Assembly (NCBI GenBank): GCA_051942245.1
Contig: JAVECL010000008.1
Location: 1-64,000 of the forward strand
Direction: 5' to 3'
DNA from: Trypethelium eluteriae
Taxonomy: Eukaryota
DNA: 64,000 bases
Position 1 is the stretch's first letter. Each line of letters begins with the position of its first letter. Shown in pieces: positions 49,584 to 62,644 of this stretch. The notes under the pieces were generated by a model that had not been told where the DNA came from, did not search any database, and worked only from the letters and a program-made list of their open reading frames with translations. The position numbers were made by a program, and so were the translations under genes.

Positions 49584-49999
49584 CAGTGTTGTAAGAAATA
49601 GTAAATTAGTAATTACTAAATAGTATTACTATTTACTATTACTTTTACTATTACTAATGAATTTAAAATTTTATTACTATTACTATTTACTATTATTATT
49701 AACAAAAATAGTATTACTAAGTATTATTATTAGTAAAATGCATAAATTATATAAGTTTATGCAAAATTGTGTAAATTTGTGTAAAATTATGTAAATTTAT
49801 GTGAAAATAGTAATATACAATTACTACTAATAATACTATTCTTATTAAATAGTATTACTATTTACTATTACTATTTATTATTACTATCAAATTTTAAAAC
49901 TTTTTATTATTACAATTTACTATTACTATCATGAAATTTGCGTTACTATGCTACTATTACTTAGTAAAATAGTAATTACTTAGTAAACTTACATCACTG
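49584..49999. mobile_element. 416-bp AT-rich hAT-type MITE
   Basis: 12-bp TIR CAGTGTTGTAAG / CTTACATCACTG with 1 mismatch, perfect 8-bp TSD CACCCGTG and subterminal TATTAC repeats. Confidence 0.9.
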
Positions 50000-50290
50000 C
50001 ACCCGTGCCACCCTCGAACCAAACCCTGCCCACGCACGGACCTGATTCTGAGGTAGTCTGGTTGTGTAAGAAGCATAGATTGGATCATGCGACTAGGACC
50101 AGCTCCGCAAACGACTCCAGCACTCTATTAGACAAAAGTCGTGAACTTGTCGCACAATTTCCGAAGAAGGTCTGAGGAAAGCCTCCACTGTACGACTGTG
50201 TTGACCTGAGATCTACCTCGCAACCGTCTGATTGACGAATCTTGAGATGGCTCAAGGGGTTGCACCTTGCTGCGGCCGTGGCCGTGGTGT

Positions 50291-50318
50291 GGCTGAGTCT
50301 ATGCAGTTAGACTCAGCC
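50291..50318. promoter_or_regulatory. Perfect 11-bp inverted repeat upstream of the HET-NACHT-ANK gene
   Basis: GGCTGAGTCTA-tgcagt-TAGACTCAGCC. A regulatory function is inferred only from its position. Confidence 0.35.
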
Positions 50319-50581
50319 TGACCACAACACCCCACTCTGCTCCGTAGGCAGCCTGCTGAGAGCCCTTAAGAAAAGTGATTAGGTTGAAAGAAATGCTCTC
50401 CTTCACCTGCTCTATCTTACAGCAAATCGTCCGCCACATGGAACATCAGTATCCCATCACAACTCCCTATCCGAATCGACTCTCCTCAGCACACCATACG
50501 TAAATGATACCCTGACGCCAAAGACGCTTGTAGCGCCGCGGATTCCCGGAGAAACATAGGCCTCCGGTTTATATCGCGGAG

Positions 50582-53500
50582 ATGCGTCTCCTGGAAATTG
50601 GCAGTCGTGGTGAGGTCAGCCTGACTGAGGATTATCATGACAACGTCCCTCGCTATGCGATACTGTCGCACACTTGGGGACCGGAGGAGGAAGAAGTAAC
50701 TTTCGAAGATTTGATCATGTCCAAAGGCCGGAACAAGGCGGGTTATAAAAAAGTCTCGTTCTGCGCGAAACAAGCCGAAAAGGACGGCCTGCAATATGTA
50801 TGGATCGACGCTTGCTGTATTGATAGGGCGAATCTTACAGAGCTTGCCGAAGCCATCGCTTCGATGTTCCGCTGGTACCATAATGCTACGAAATGCTATG
50901 TATATTTATCGGATGTACCGATCGGCGACTACAACAGTAGGTGTTACCAAGAGACGTGGGACCGAGCCTTCAGACACAGTAGATGGTTCAGACGAGGCTG
51001 GACACTTCAGGAGCTTATTGCTCCGCAATCCGTCCAGTTCTTCTCATCAGAGGGCACACTTCTCGGTGATAAGGAACTGCTCGAGCGACAAATCCATGAG
51101 ATCACACAGATTCCCTTGCAAGCTCTCCGCGGAGCCCCTTTATCTCACTTTAGTGCCGAAGAGCGAATGAACTGGACAATCGGACGCAAGCCTACACGTA
51201 AAGAAGACAGGGCATACTGCTTACAAGGAATATTCGGTGTCTTCATACCTCTCATCTACGGCGAAGGCGAGAATGCATTCAGCCGACTTCGGGGGGAAAT
51301 TAATAGATCGTTAGAAGGTACCATGCGCATTGCCTCTTGGGCTCCCTCACCAACTTGTTACCCTCGGTTTTTTGTCTATTATACTGATGTCCAAGCGTCT
51401 TATAGATGGGAATGCAGAACCAAACTCAAAACGTAGGAGGATTGAATCAAATATCCCGGACGACTACACTTCCTCCCAATCTGCGAAGAATGAATTACTC
51501 GATGCTTTGCGCTTCGACCAAATTGATGATCGCTTTATGAACATCAAGCCCGGTCAGACAAAGACTTGCAGATGGTTACTTCAAACGAAGGAATACCAGG
51601 ACTGGTTGGATACTGATAAGATCTTGGAATGTCACGGGTTCTTCTGGATTAAAGGAAAGCCTGGGTCTGGCAAATCAACATTAACAAAGTTTGCTTTCAT
51701 GAAGATCAAGGAATCCTTTCGCAACACCATTCTCCTATCTTTCTTCTTCAATGCTCGAGGTACCTATCTGGAGAAGACTACCCTAGGGCTATATAGGTCC
51801 TTGCTTGTTCAACTGTTAGAAGAATTTTCCGATGATCAGCGACTTTGGAACGCAACCGGTTTGACGTACCGGTCCTCCGACGATCAACTTAAGGCAAACC
51901 GTGAATCACTCAAGCATTTATTATTACAAGTGGTGCAAAAGTTGGACCAACGAAACATCATGATCATCATTGATGCTCTTGACGAGTGCGATGAGGATGA
52001 AGTGCGGGATATGATTTCATTCTTTGAGAAAGTTGGTGAAGACGCAATTTCTGACAGGAGGAAATTTCACGTCCTATTCTCCAGTCGACATTACCCCCAT
52101 ATAACGATCGCGCGATCAGTTGAAATAAAACTGGAAGATCAACAGGGTCATACCCAGGACATCGACAAATATGTTTCCAAAGAACTCAAGGCTGGACGGG
52201 GCAGGTACGCTGGACAAATCAGGCAAGAAATACGCAACAGAGCCTCGGGGATCTTTATGTGGGTTGTTCTAGTCGTGCATATTCTCAATAAAGCCTTCGA
52301 CCGTGGCCAAGTCCACGCTCTACAAAAAAAGCTTCGAGAGATACCGACTGATCTGAACGAACTTTTCCGGAGCATTTTGACTCGCGATTGTGAAAACTTA
52401 AACGAAATGAAGCTTTGCCTTCAATGGATTCTATGCGCTATTCGACCTCTGAAGCGAGAGGAACTTTACTTCGCAATATTATCTGGGATAGCATCCGAGG
52501 AATCTTTCCTTTGGGATCAGGACGCAATCTCCGTGGAAATGATGAATTTATTCATCCTTAGCTCCTCGAAGAGTTTGGCGGAAATTACAAAGTCAAAGGA
52601 TCATACTGTGCAGTTCATTCATGAATCTGTGCGAGACTTCCTCCTTAAAAAGGATGGACTTGCCCAAGTCTGGACTGATCTAAAGTCTAATCCAATCGGC
52701 CTAAGTCACGATAGCTTGAAAGAATCCTGCTACAACTACATGAGATCTGACATACCTCATCATCTGATTGTTCCAGAGCCACTTCCGGTAGCAAACTCTC
52801 CTCCCGCAGCCGAACTCCGCAGAGACGCATCACACAAATTTCCGTTTCTAAAATATGCAGTTCATCACATTTTTGCTCATGCTGATACTGCAGGTGCTAA
52901 AGGAGTCAGTCAAGAAGACTTCATGAAAGATTTTAAGCTTAATGAATGGATCCAGCTGAATAATATAATCGAAAGGCATGAGATCAGACGTCTAACCCCC
53001 AGACATAGATCTGATGTACATACTTGCTGAAAAGGACTGTTCCGATCTCATTAACATGCTGTTCTACGATACACCCCGTATACACTCTCCGAGGGCAAGA
53101 TACGGCAATCCCATATTTGCTGCTCTTGCGAACGGTAGCCACCAAGCCTTCGAAGTGCTCACCAAGCGAGATAGACAATTACATCCGAGTGGCTGCGAGT
53201 TTCCTTATCCGTGTAGCAACATTCATTCATTCTTAACCAGCCTACGGAAACCAACACTCTTATATCAATTTTTAGTCGTCTATAATATAGACCTGACTTG
53301 GCAATCCAAGGGCGGCCAGACACTACTTTCATGGGCTATGGAGGCTGGCTACGAGGAGATTGCCGAGTTACTCATTAACAAGAGCTCCTTAGCCGATGCG
53401 CGATCCCAAACTTTTAGCGATACCCTGTTCGCCGCACCGTCATGTGGTAACACTCGTATCATTACGCTATTGCTAGATAAGGGTACTGATGTCAATGCGC

Positions 53501-54858
53501 GAACTAGAATGAATGGCAAGACGCCGCTGTATGCGGCATCGGTACGGGATATTGAGAAGGCCGTGAAGCTATTACTAGAAAGGGGTGCTGATGTCAACAA
53601 ACAATGCGGACCTGATGGTACCGCGCTATATGCTGCCTCTTCGAGAGGTCACGCGAGAATAGTTGAGCTACTGCTGGACAATGGTGCCTATATCGACGCG
53701 CAAATCGAATTCGTCAATCACGTAACTCCGCTATATTCTGCATCTTCACAGGGTTATGAGAATATCACAAAACTGTTGCTGGATAGAGGTGCCGATGTCA
53801 ACATACAATGCGGAACTGATGGCACCGCGCTGAATGCTGCATTTGTGCGAGGTCATCAGGTGATCGTTAAGCTGTTGCTAGATTCGGCCGCCGATATCTA
53901 TACACGAGGAGCAGAATATGGGAATGGGCTCCCGGTGGCAATTGTGTATGGTCGCAGTGAGGCCGTCGAAGTCTTGCTACGCAGTGCAGCAAATGGTACA
54001 TTGCAGAGTTCAGAGTGTAGTATTGCGCTGCAGCTAGCCTCGGCACAAGGGTCCCTTGAAGTTGCGAGGCAAATACTATTCGGGAATTCGGGGCGATATA
54101 CCCTCGCTAATGCGCTGAAAAATCGCCAGTCTCTTTCCATTAAACCTTCGTTGGAAACGTACGAGGAGATTATCAAGATTCTGCTAGGTAGGGGCGCCGG
54201 CATCAGCTTCCAGATAGAGTCTGGTAGCTTCCTCAATAAATATCGCGATCAGATCACGAAACTGCTGCACAAAATCAGAGCTGAAGTTGATACGGGGAGC
54301 GGAGGCAGAGAAAGGGATGACGAGTCGCAGACTGCTATTGCGAGAGGTAACGAAAGTAGTACCTCGGAGTACATGTCACCAGACAACAGCATAGACGTTG
54401 ATAAACGAGACTGGACAGGTAATGCTACCGACAATCATGCCCTTCAAGATTATCAGATGCATTTGTCGCGCCTCGAGTTACGGAACAAGAAGCAGATGGT
54501 GAGCTGGACCCTCGAATCGCTACTATATAGTGGAATTGATGTGAATGCAGAAGGCGGAAAATTTGGCAATGCGCTGCAGGTGGCATCTTTGATGGGTAAA
54601 GAGGATTGTGTTCGGCTGTTACTTGATCAAGGTGCCCTTGTCAATGCGAACGGCGGAATTTGCGGTACTGCGCTACAAGCAGCATCATTGGCAGGCCGTG
54701 CGGATGTCGTCCAGATGTTACTCGATAGAGGTGCTAACGTTTATGCAAAAGGAGGAATATGTGGTAGCGCGCTGGAGGCCGCGTTGTTTGTTCGGGCCTC
54801 TAAGACACAATTTTCTTGGGTCTGCTCGTTGCAAGAATCTCGGTCCACCGCTCTATGA
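50582..54858 (+). CDS. Fungal NLR, HET-NACHT-ankyrin architecture, with an apparent +1 frameshift at 52996-53000
   Basis: HET: MRLL..YAILSHTWG..WIDACCID..RGWTLQELIAP. Intron 51318-51405. NACHT: WIKGKPGSGKST, IIIDALDEC, GIFMWV, FIHESVRDF. Ankyrin repeats (GTALYAAS.RGH..IV.LLLD.GA) follow in a different frame. Confidence 0.9.
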
Positions 54859-55908
54859 GTAGGATATAGTGGTCTCAAAGCTATAGAAAGCCAGTCACAC
54901 AACCTTCGCTGGCTGAGGAGGGAAATGCCAAAGATATTGCAAGGCAACACGTCGATCAGTGTGAATGCAAAACACACAAATATGTATTCGGGATAGCTGA
55001 AACTATCATAGAGACTGTGATCTGGGAGGCGTTGTATCACTCCATTGCAAGGGAACAATCTTGAGGCTTGAAGTGAAGATTGAAAGAGTGACGACGTAGT
55101 TCTGGAGGAATCCAATTTCTACTGTCGAAATTTTTTTAGTCAGTCTTCAGCCCACCGTGAGATAGTAAAAGGAGTGTATTTAAAGAATGCCTATAATGGA
55201 GCATATCTAGGATCTCTCCAGCCAATGGGCTTGCCTTTAGAAAATGTGGATATCTTGAACAAGAGATTTCGATGGGTTCGTAATTCTTGACCCAACTATC
55301 GTCTGTCTTTTTATCAGGGAACAAGGCCAAGAAGGGGGTGGAAGAAGGAAGCGAGTCCACTAAGCAGGGTGTGACTAACCTCGTATGAGGGTCACCCTAT
55401 GGAAGCACTGTATTTCATAGTTCCACAGATCCGTCGTTGACATTTGAATCATTGTCCCATATCTCAGCAGCTGTTCTGTGATTGTCTTAATCTAAGCTTA
55501 CGGACACCATAAGGAGCGAATAGCCCACTGAAAATCTTCAATATGGGCCGTGCTTCTAGATGAAAGTCACGGGCATATATGCTTCGATCGGAATGGCTTC
55601 CAAAGAGGTTCGACACAGGAATCCATAATCCATCAAGAATTGTCGATTCGATTTCTTAAAACCCCATTACTTCAGGTGGGCCACATATCTCTATTTTCTG
55701 ATTCTATAACAAAGTAATCTCTCGTACTCATGAGACCTCTCGGCCACACCCTATCCAGATTTATGAGGATCTCCAGGCGCAGCTCAAGCTTATTATCTTC
55801 AATGGACGTAGAAGCATTGACAGGCTATGCGAAAAAGCGACAGCGGTAGATCTGACAAATCCAAGGTTCTGCATGGAAATACTACACGACTCAAGCCCCT
55901 ATTGATCC

Positions 55909-58040
55909 CTACCCCCGCGCGCCGTACGTCGACGGGAGATCCGGGTAGCAAGCATAGCGCTCATCGCCCTTATCCCACCCCACGCAATCCCAACAGGTGA
56001 GGACATTGCCCGGATCGACCGCAGCCTTGATCCGGCTTAAGCGCTCATAATTGTCCGCGCCCCAGAAAGCGGCGACGGGGTCCGGCTCAAAGACGTCCGC
56101 CTCATTCTGGTAGGCGCCGCTGTCCGGGGCGAGCCGGCGCAGGATCTGGGCGGCAGCGGTGGCGCCGGTGAAGGCGCGCTGGATGGTGGCGGGGTCGGCC
56201 TGGTTGCTGAAGCTCTGGCCGGCGATCGTGTGCCAGAGGGCGGAGCGCCAGGCCGGGGTCACGGAGGAGGTGTTATCGGCTGGGTAGCTGGCCGGAGTGG
56301 TGACGAGGATCTGGAGCGGGGCGCCGTAGGATGCGGAGAGGGCGTCTGAGGCGTAGGGCCCTGGGTAGGCGACGGTTTGGGCGACTTCGCTGATGGCGGT
56401 GAGGATCTGTTGCTGGCCTCCGGGTGACTGGAAGAGGGAGCGTGGGATGAGGCGGCTGCCGAGGGCGAGGCTGATATCGACTACTTCGGCGCCAGGGGCG
56501 ATGAAGGTCTCATAGGCTTGGTAGAAGCTGGGCATGGGGACGAGACCAGATCCAAGGGTTCGGTTGCCGAGGGAGGAGGAAAAGTTGAAGATCGGTGCCA
56601 TGGAAGAATTGGCTTCGGATGCGGACAATTTGGGGGTCATCATAAGGAAGGAAGATGTTATGCTAGCTTCACCAGGCGGCGCAGGGATGATATAGCCGCC
56701 CCAGCCTTCGAATGCCCATTTGTCGGAATTGGCGATTATTGTTTGCATGAAGTCGTGGAAGGTTTGGTTGGAGTTGGTACCGTTAAAGTCGAGGTACGCG
56801 ACCTACGAAGACAGTAAGAGGTTTGCAACGATAGAATAAAGAGGCAAGGGAATTTACTTGAAGAGTAACCTGAGGATGCGCTTGATATGTGACCTCCATA
56901 TTCACGCCAAAGGTGCTTCCCCCACCACCTCGAAGAGCGAAGAACAGGTCGGTATTCTGGCACCGATTGGCTGTGACGTACGTGCCATTTGGCAATACTG
57001 CTTTAATTTGAAGGGCATTGTCGACACCGAGTCCAAGAGTATTGGAAAGAGCGCCGTGACCGCCGCCGTTGAGCCACCCACCAGCTGCACCGACAGTCCG
57101 GTCGGATCCTCCGACCACAGTGATGTTGTTTGCTTCAGCAAATGCGTAAACGCCATCGAAACCCTGCCCAGCTCCTATTGTCACGCCATTTCCAGCTGAT
57201 GCTGAGCAGCCCTCAGGGGTGAAATCAGTTTTAAGAGAAATCGCTGGCTGGTAAGTGTGTGTCCAGAGAGCTAGAGAATTAGGGGCAGAGCTGCGACCCT
57301 TATAGTCGTGCCCACTATTCTTCACCACAAGAGGGACCCCTGTCTTTTGGGCAAACGCTAGCGCTGCTTGGACGTCGGAGACTTGCGTTACCTCAATATA
57401 GTAATTTGGTACACTTCCTTGGTAGCAGTCTGCTGGTGGGGAATAGACCGACGAATTAGCAGGATTGCTAAAATCCAGGTTGCAACCTTGCCCATTGGAT
57501 TGGCACATGGCCCAATTCGACTATGAAGAAATTAGCGTTGCAAATAAAAGTTGTCGAGCAGTGCTATGGAGTATCCTCCTTCACCTGGATACAGTACCAG
57601 GACAAAAGTGTCCGCGCAATCCCCGGCAATTTTCCCGCGCCAGCGAGCGTACACTTTTTTTTTTGCACATGACTGTAGTCTATGGCAGGAGATTGATCGG
57701 AGCGAAAGGTTCGACCAAGGGACCAAAGAACGTCGCTTACGTTTTGATAGCCTCCGAAACTATTGGCAGTACTTGTGTCGTTGTCATACCCTGCTTGAAC
57801 TGCGGAGCACTGAGCAGCATCCGAATTGGTTGGCGCTCCTTCATAGACACCGTAACATGATTTTGCCCATGGATAACCCGCTTGTAGCCTGCCTTGAACG
57901 GTGTTGTTCAAAGAGTGCCATTGGGCTTGAGTAACATTGGAGATCGCTGAAGGAGCGTTTCTTCGATGCAGACAGAGCGCCGAAGAAGAGCTGGCGAGCA
58001 CGAAGAACAAGGAGAGACCAACGAGCAACCGGGAAAGCAT
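55909..58040 (-). CDS. Secreted FAD-linked oxidoreductase (berberine bridge enzyme-like, ~618 aa); 3 exons
   Basis: Exons 58040-57741, 57520-56858 and 56802-55909 join in frame. Signal peptide, VKNSGHDYKGRSS, FALRGGGG, and BBE tail GAYQNEAD..FWG.NY.RL..IK..VDP. Confidence 0.92.
57592..57675. mobile_element. Tc1/mariner-type MITE, copy C (84 bp), inside intron 1 of the oxidoreductase gene
   Basis: TA|CAGTACCAGGACAAAAGTGTCCG...GCACATGACTG|TA lies within intron 57521-57740. Confidence 0.78.
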
Positions 58041-60794
58041 TTCGACTTCCAAAGATGATCAGAAACACCCAATTGCCTACCGATCCCAAAATGAAAAGTT
58101 CACGTCAGCGGCGTAGATAGTGACACGGATGTCCTCCTTCGCGGATGCCAAACCCAGGGGAAGAGCATCTTTATACAGACCAAGTGGCGATCGAGCATGC
58201 GGATAGCAAGGCATGGCCTCGATTGGCGACCAAGCTGATAACAAACGCGTGCGATTTGGGCTGAAGTGCTTTTGGGCGTAGCGAACGCGCGTTTTGGCCG
58301 GATCAATACATGTATGCAAGCTGCATGTATCGTATCTTGCCCTGCCATAAAGATCTACGTGTCCTTGTCTCTTTCCCAAATCTGGAACTAGAAACGAGCA
58401 GCTATCACCGCTCCCTTACTTCAGGATCAGCATGTGGGACCATCTTCAAGCAGACGGTCAAGGTCGAATTATGATGGTCGCTGACCAAGTCTTATGCGAT
58501 CCACGCTCGAGAGCCTTATAATCTTGTCGAGTTAGCATTCCGTACGCTAGCGAAGATTGCATACAAGTTATCGTAGTGGCGTCTGCCATGTGGGATGTGG
58601 CTGAGAAGGTAAGTTCATGCAAAGCAGTGGCCCTTGTGGATCGTAGCTGTACCACGCCGGCACTGCTCACAGACAGACCGGTCGTAGATATACAAGATAC
58701 CCACATTATAGCAGCGAAAAATGAATTGATTTTATGTCCCTGTGGGACGTCTGACTACCACAAGCAGCAGTGACTGCGCCGGCGCGGCTGCAGTGGATTC
58801 AGTGGCTCTCCTTACGCTGATTTGCCGGCGGAACCCGGCCACGGACGGAACCGGAACAGACTTACCTAATTAGTCACTGTCATCCCGAATGTGCTAGAAT
58901 ACCTTGTTCAGGCACAGGAACGATAATTGCTGATCGTCCGGAGATAAGTGTCAGATGCTGCTTCGGTACACAAGATTCTCACTCCCATTCAATGCGGCTG
59001 ACGACGTGACGCGTGAACTTTGAAGGTTTGGGATTTTTGTGGGGCGCTCATTTTCCCCGAGCCAGCGTTCGCAGCTCTGCCTCATTATTGTCTCACTACC
59101 TCTACAATTATATCAGTGTATGCGAATCCTTAGCTCCACTTACCTAATACCACTGGCTTCAACCTGCAGCGCTAGGCGACTGAACTGATATCGAAAAAGC
59201 GCAAGAAACCCTCCAAAGGACCAGGACCGCAGATGCCTACTTCTTTTCCCTCCGACCCTCGTTTTGCCCTCTTCGACAAATCCTCGAATATCGCCAACTC
59301 TTTCTTTTAGCCGAATCCAAACGATCTTCCACACTATCTCCCGCGTATTTTGACATCCCGTGGCAATTACATTCCTATCAACCTCGCCTTTATTCCCATT
59401 ACAGAAAACTAGACCACTGGGTTCAGCGACAGCGACTTGTGGACCTTGCTTAATAGCAATCATCTTCTCTGCAATTAGCTGCGAGCAGCCGATATCGATT
59501 CAGCATGCTCTATCACGCCAAAGGTAGTTGAATTAAAGCTCCGGGCCGCTAGGCTTACTACGTACTCTACCGCAAATGACGCCCCACCAAGTCCTTGGGC
59601 AGCTTGCGGTGCCTCGTCATCTCGGCCGTGGCTCCAAGCTTGGTGCTCAGCAATGGGATCGGGCAAGGGAAAATGAATGAATCGGCCTCAAGGATGGGTT
59701 GGATGCTGTCTTCAGCATAGGAAGATCTGCCATGGCAACGTCGATGATGGTCTGACGTGCCGTACTGCATGTACTGCCTCGTTGAATCAGAGTAGTGGCA
59801 TAGCCGTTATCAAAGTAGCCATGCGCAATGTTGTGGGCGAATTTTGAGGAACTTATAATACTCTAACGGTTTTCCTCTCCTTCCCGTTCCCTCGCGGAAT
59901 ATCGAATTCGGCGCAATGGGCTAGAGAGTCGCCTTAGAAGGATCCAAGACCTCGAACATTTGCGGCTCGTGGGGATCACCGGCAAGTCTAGTAGGTATTA
60001 CGATGTGCTTTGGATATAAGGTGGCTGCAATGCCCCTCAATCAAGGCAGTATACTATTAGCTTGGATTCACTTACGGTCCTCTTTCACCCCATCCTTAGA
60101 TCTCATCACCAGAAAAGAGCGCTATTGGCTCGTGCCCACCTATGAAGTTCCACCGAGGGGTCCCGCGAGTCTTTCCAGTCCCGCAATCCACCTCCATGGA
60201 CGCGCTCAGATCCTGCAGATCTTCGACTTTTTCTGCCTCCCAGACGGGCTTTCAACTCCTCGAGGTAGATGAATAGGGTCATGACGTTCAATTTTCGATA
60301 TGTGCCAAGTCTGTTATTGTCTGAAGGTGCACTTAGCCTCTCCCTATTAGTATCCGTGCTTCAATTAAAATCTGCACTTCGTCCGGATCTTCAAGAGGGC
60401 CGAATCTTGATGTCTCATGCACAAGTGCTCTATGTCTCTTGACGCTACTAACACTTCTATCCTTTTAGGACTCACCGCTCAGCTTTGGGATACGGTCTAA
60501 GATATGGACAGTGCGGAGGTCCTAGGTTATGCAAAGCAGGTCGCTCCAATATAATTCTTGGAGATGACCTACCCGACTGACGCATCTTCGCCATGAAGTA
60601 GCAGGGTGGACCGCTATGCTCGTTATGAGGCAAGAATTTCTGCCGATAGCACATAATTTGCCTTATTAGCTGATCAATTCGCAGGGTAATCCTCTGGGAC
60701 CAGAGCGCTTTATCACTGGTGGAAGCCTGGTGAGACCTGGTCCAATCGAGGATACTCAATTGCAACAATGATCGTGCTAGTTAAGAGACCTCTA

Positions 60795-60873
60795 TAGTCA
60801 TGCAAAGAAAGCGTCCGCTCGTTGGCGCGGGGAAATTGCTAGGGGTTACTCGAACAATTTTGTCCTAGTGCTG
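60795..60873. mobile_element. 79-bp Tc1/mariner-type MITE, copy D (diverged)
   Basis: TA|TAGTCATGCAAAGAAAGCGTCCGCTCG...TTTTGTCCTAGTGCTG|TA. Confidence 0.7.
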
Positions 60874-61555
60874 TATGTCACCAAGGCCGCCGTAGGGCTA
60901 CGCCGAATACTTCACAACGACACAGAAAAGATAGGATGCTAATCAAGACACTTCGATGAGACCTACAGTCAGAGCTATGATGTTCGTTAGATGTTACTCG
61001 ACGGTAGCTTTAGAATAGCTGCCCCCCTTATACGGTTAGCCTCGGCGACATCATCAGCGTCTGTTTCTGTCCGGTCGATACAAAATCACAACGCCCACAT
61101 CGATGTTACTTTGCCGATGTGGCCGATGATGTGCAGAAGGCGATGCTTTGCATCTGTGGCTCCGTTCGGATTATGAGCTTGGTCAGCTGAACCTCTTTAC
61201 CCCTCACCCTTCGTCTCCAACGTATAGGTGAGGGGTAACAACTTTTGCAATGAAGGTTAAGTGATATAGGTTGGCATCACATTCTATTGTCTCCAGGAGC
61301 AGCTTGAAGACGAATCAAGTGAGACCTACGCCAGCGTCGTGGTCTGCAGCTAAAACAACATGCACCGGCTCTCTAATCTTGCATGTGCACACAGTGGACA
61401 ATATTTGCGATTAAATCATCGTCACGTCTAGTCACTCCACCAATTTCTTTAGCCAGTCCTTGTAATTGAATTTCTTCTTTCATGTTTCCCAGGCTCTAGG
61501 TCATCGTGTCCACATAGAAAATTTTGACTCTGCTACTGCCTTCCAGATATCCATA

Positions 61556-62644
61556 ATGTCTACTCCCCTTCTCTCCAATCGCCTCGAGTCTCGGGTTAGC
61601 ATAATCACGGGTGCATCATCCGGTCTTGGTAGGGCGATAGCACTAGCATTCGCTGCTAATGGAGCTCATCCTATCATCTGTGCGGACCTAAGGCCTAATC
61701 CTCGTGGTGATTGGGGCGTAGCTGAAGCCGACATCTGCACGCACGATCTAATTTGCAAACGATACGGCGAGGGAAAGGCAGTTTTTCTTCGAACCGACGT
61801 CACAGTGGCAGCAGAGGTGGAAAGGTTAATCATGAAAGGTGCGGAGATCGGTAGAGGTAGGGTAGATGTGTAAGAATCCACGTCTCGCGGACAAAAACAT
61901 ACGGTAGCCGATCACGGTCACTAATTTGTCTCTTAATTGTCGTAGAATGATCAACAATGCTGGAACTGGAGGCACTGAGACAGCAGGCAAGATACACGAA
62001 ATGTCTGACGACGTCTGGGATTTTACAATGTAGGGAGCCTGTTGAACTCTTTCCCTCCCTTTTCACTTTTCCCCATGTACGGATTTCGCTTACTATCTTC
62101 ATGTCCCTAGGAGAATAAATACCCGTTCCGTCTATCTCGGCTGCAAATACGCGATCTCACAATTTCTCTCCCAGCCCCTCCATCCCTCGGGCCACAAAGG
62201 TTGGATTATCAATACGGCGTCCATGCTCGGACTCGTGGGGTTGAAACCCGGAGCGGGGGCGTACTGTGCCAGCAAAGGCGCCGTGGTGCTCCTGACGAAA
62301 CAAGTTGCTGTGGAATATGCAGCTGAGAAGATTCATTGCAACTGTCTATGTCCGGGATGTGAGTTGGCAACAGCTTCCGAGCCCTCTTGGCAGTGATTCG
62401 GGGGTTGGATGATGGGTATTTGTTTGTATGAAACTGATGAGGCAATGCAGATCTCCGAACTCCTATGACGGAGCCAATCTACGAGGACAAGCCGGTGAGG
62501 GATGGTATCAATGCATTGACGCCGTGGGGAGACTGGGGCTCCGCGGACGACGTGGCGAAATGTGCTGTGTTTTTGGCGAGTGATGATGCGGCGTATGTGA
62601 CAGGCCATCCACTGGTAATTGATGGGGGATATACAGCGCAATAG
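61556..62644 (+). CDS. Short-chain dehydrogenase/reductase (classical SDR); 4 exons
   Basis: Exons 61556-61869, 61946-62029, 62111-62358 and 62451-62644. Motifs TGASSGLG, NNAG, YCASK and VTG..LVIDGG. Confidence 0.92.

Noticed and set aside
49600..49990. AT-rich repeated motifs as a CRISPR array or satellite
   Set aside because: No repeat-spacer periodicity; explained by MITE subterminal repeats.
54499..54530. Possible GTGAGC...TAG intron in the ankyrin region
   Set aside because: Only 32 nt, no good branch site, and removal would break an open frame.
61197..61238. 12-bp inverted repeat TTACCCCTCACC/GGTGAGGGGTAA upstream of the SDR
   Set aside because: Single occurrence with no other support for a function.
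55909..62644. Secondary-metabolite cluster (BBE-like oxidase plus SDR, with a distant FAD monooxygenase)
   Set aside because: No PKS, NRPS or terpene backbone gene in the window, and the tailoring-type genes are scattered.
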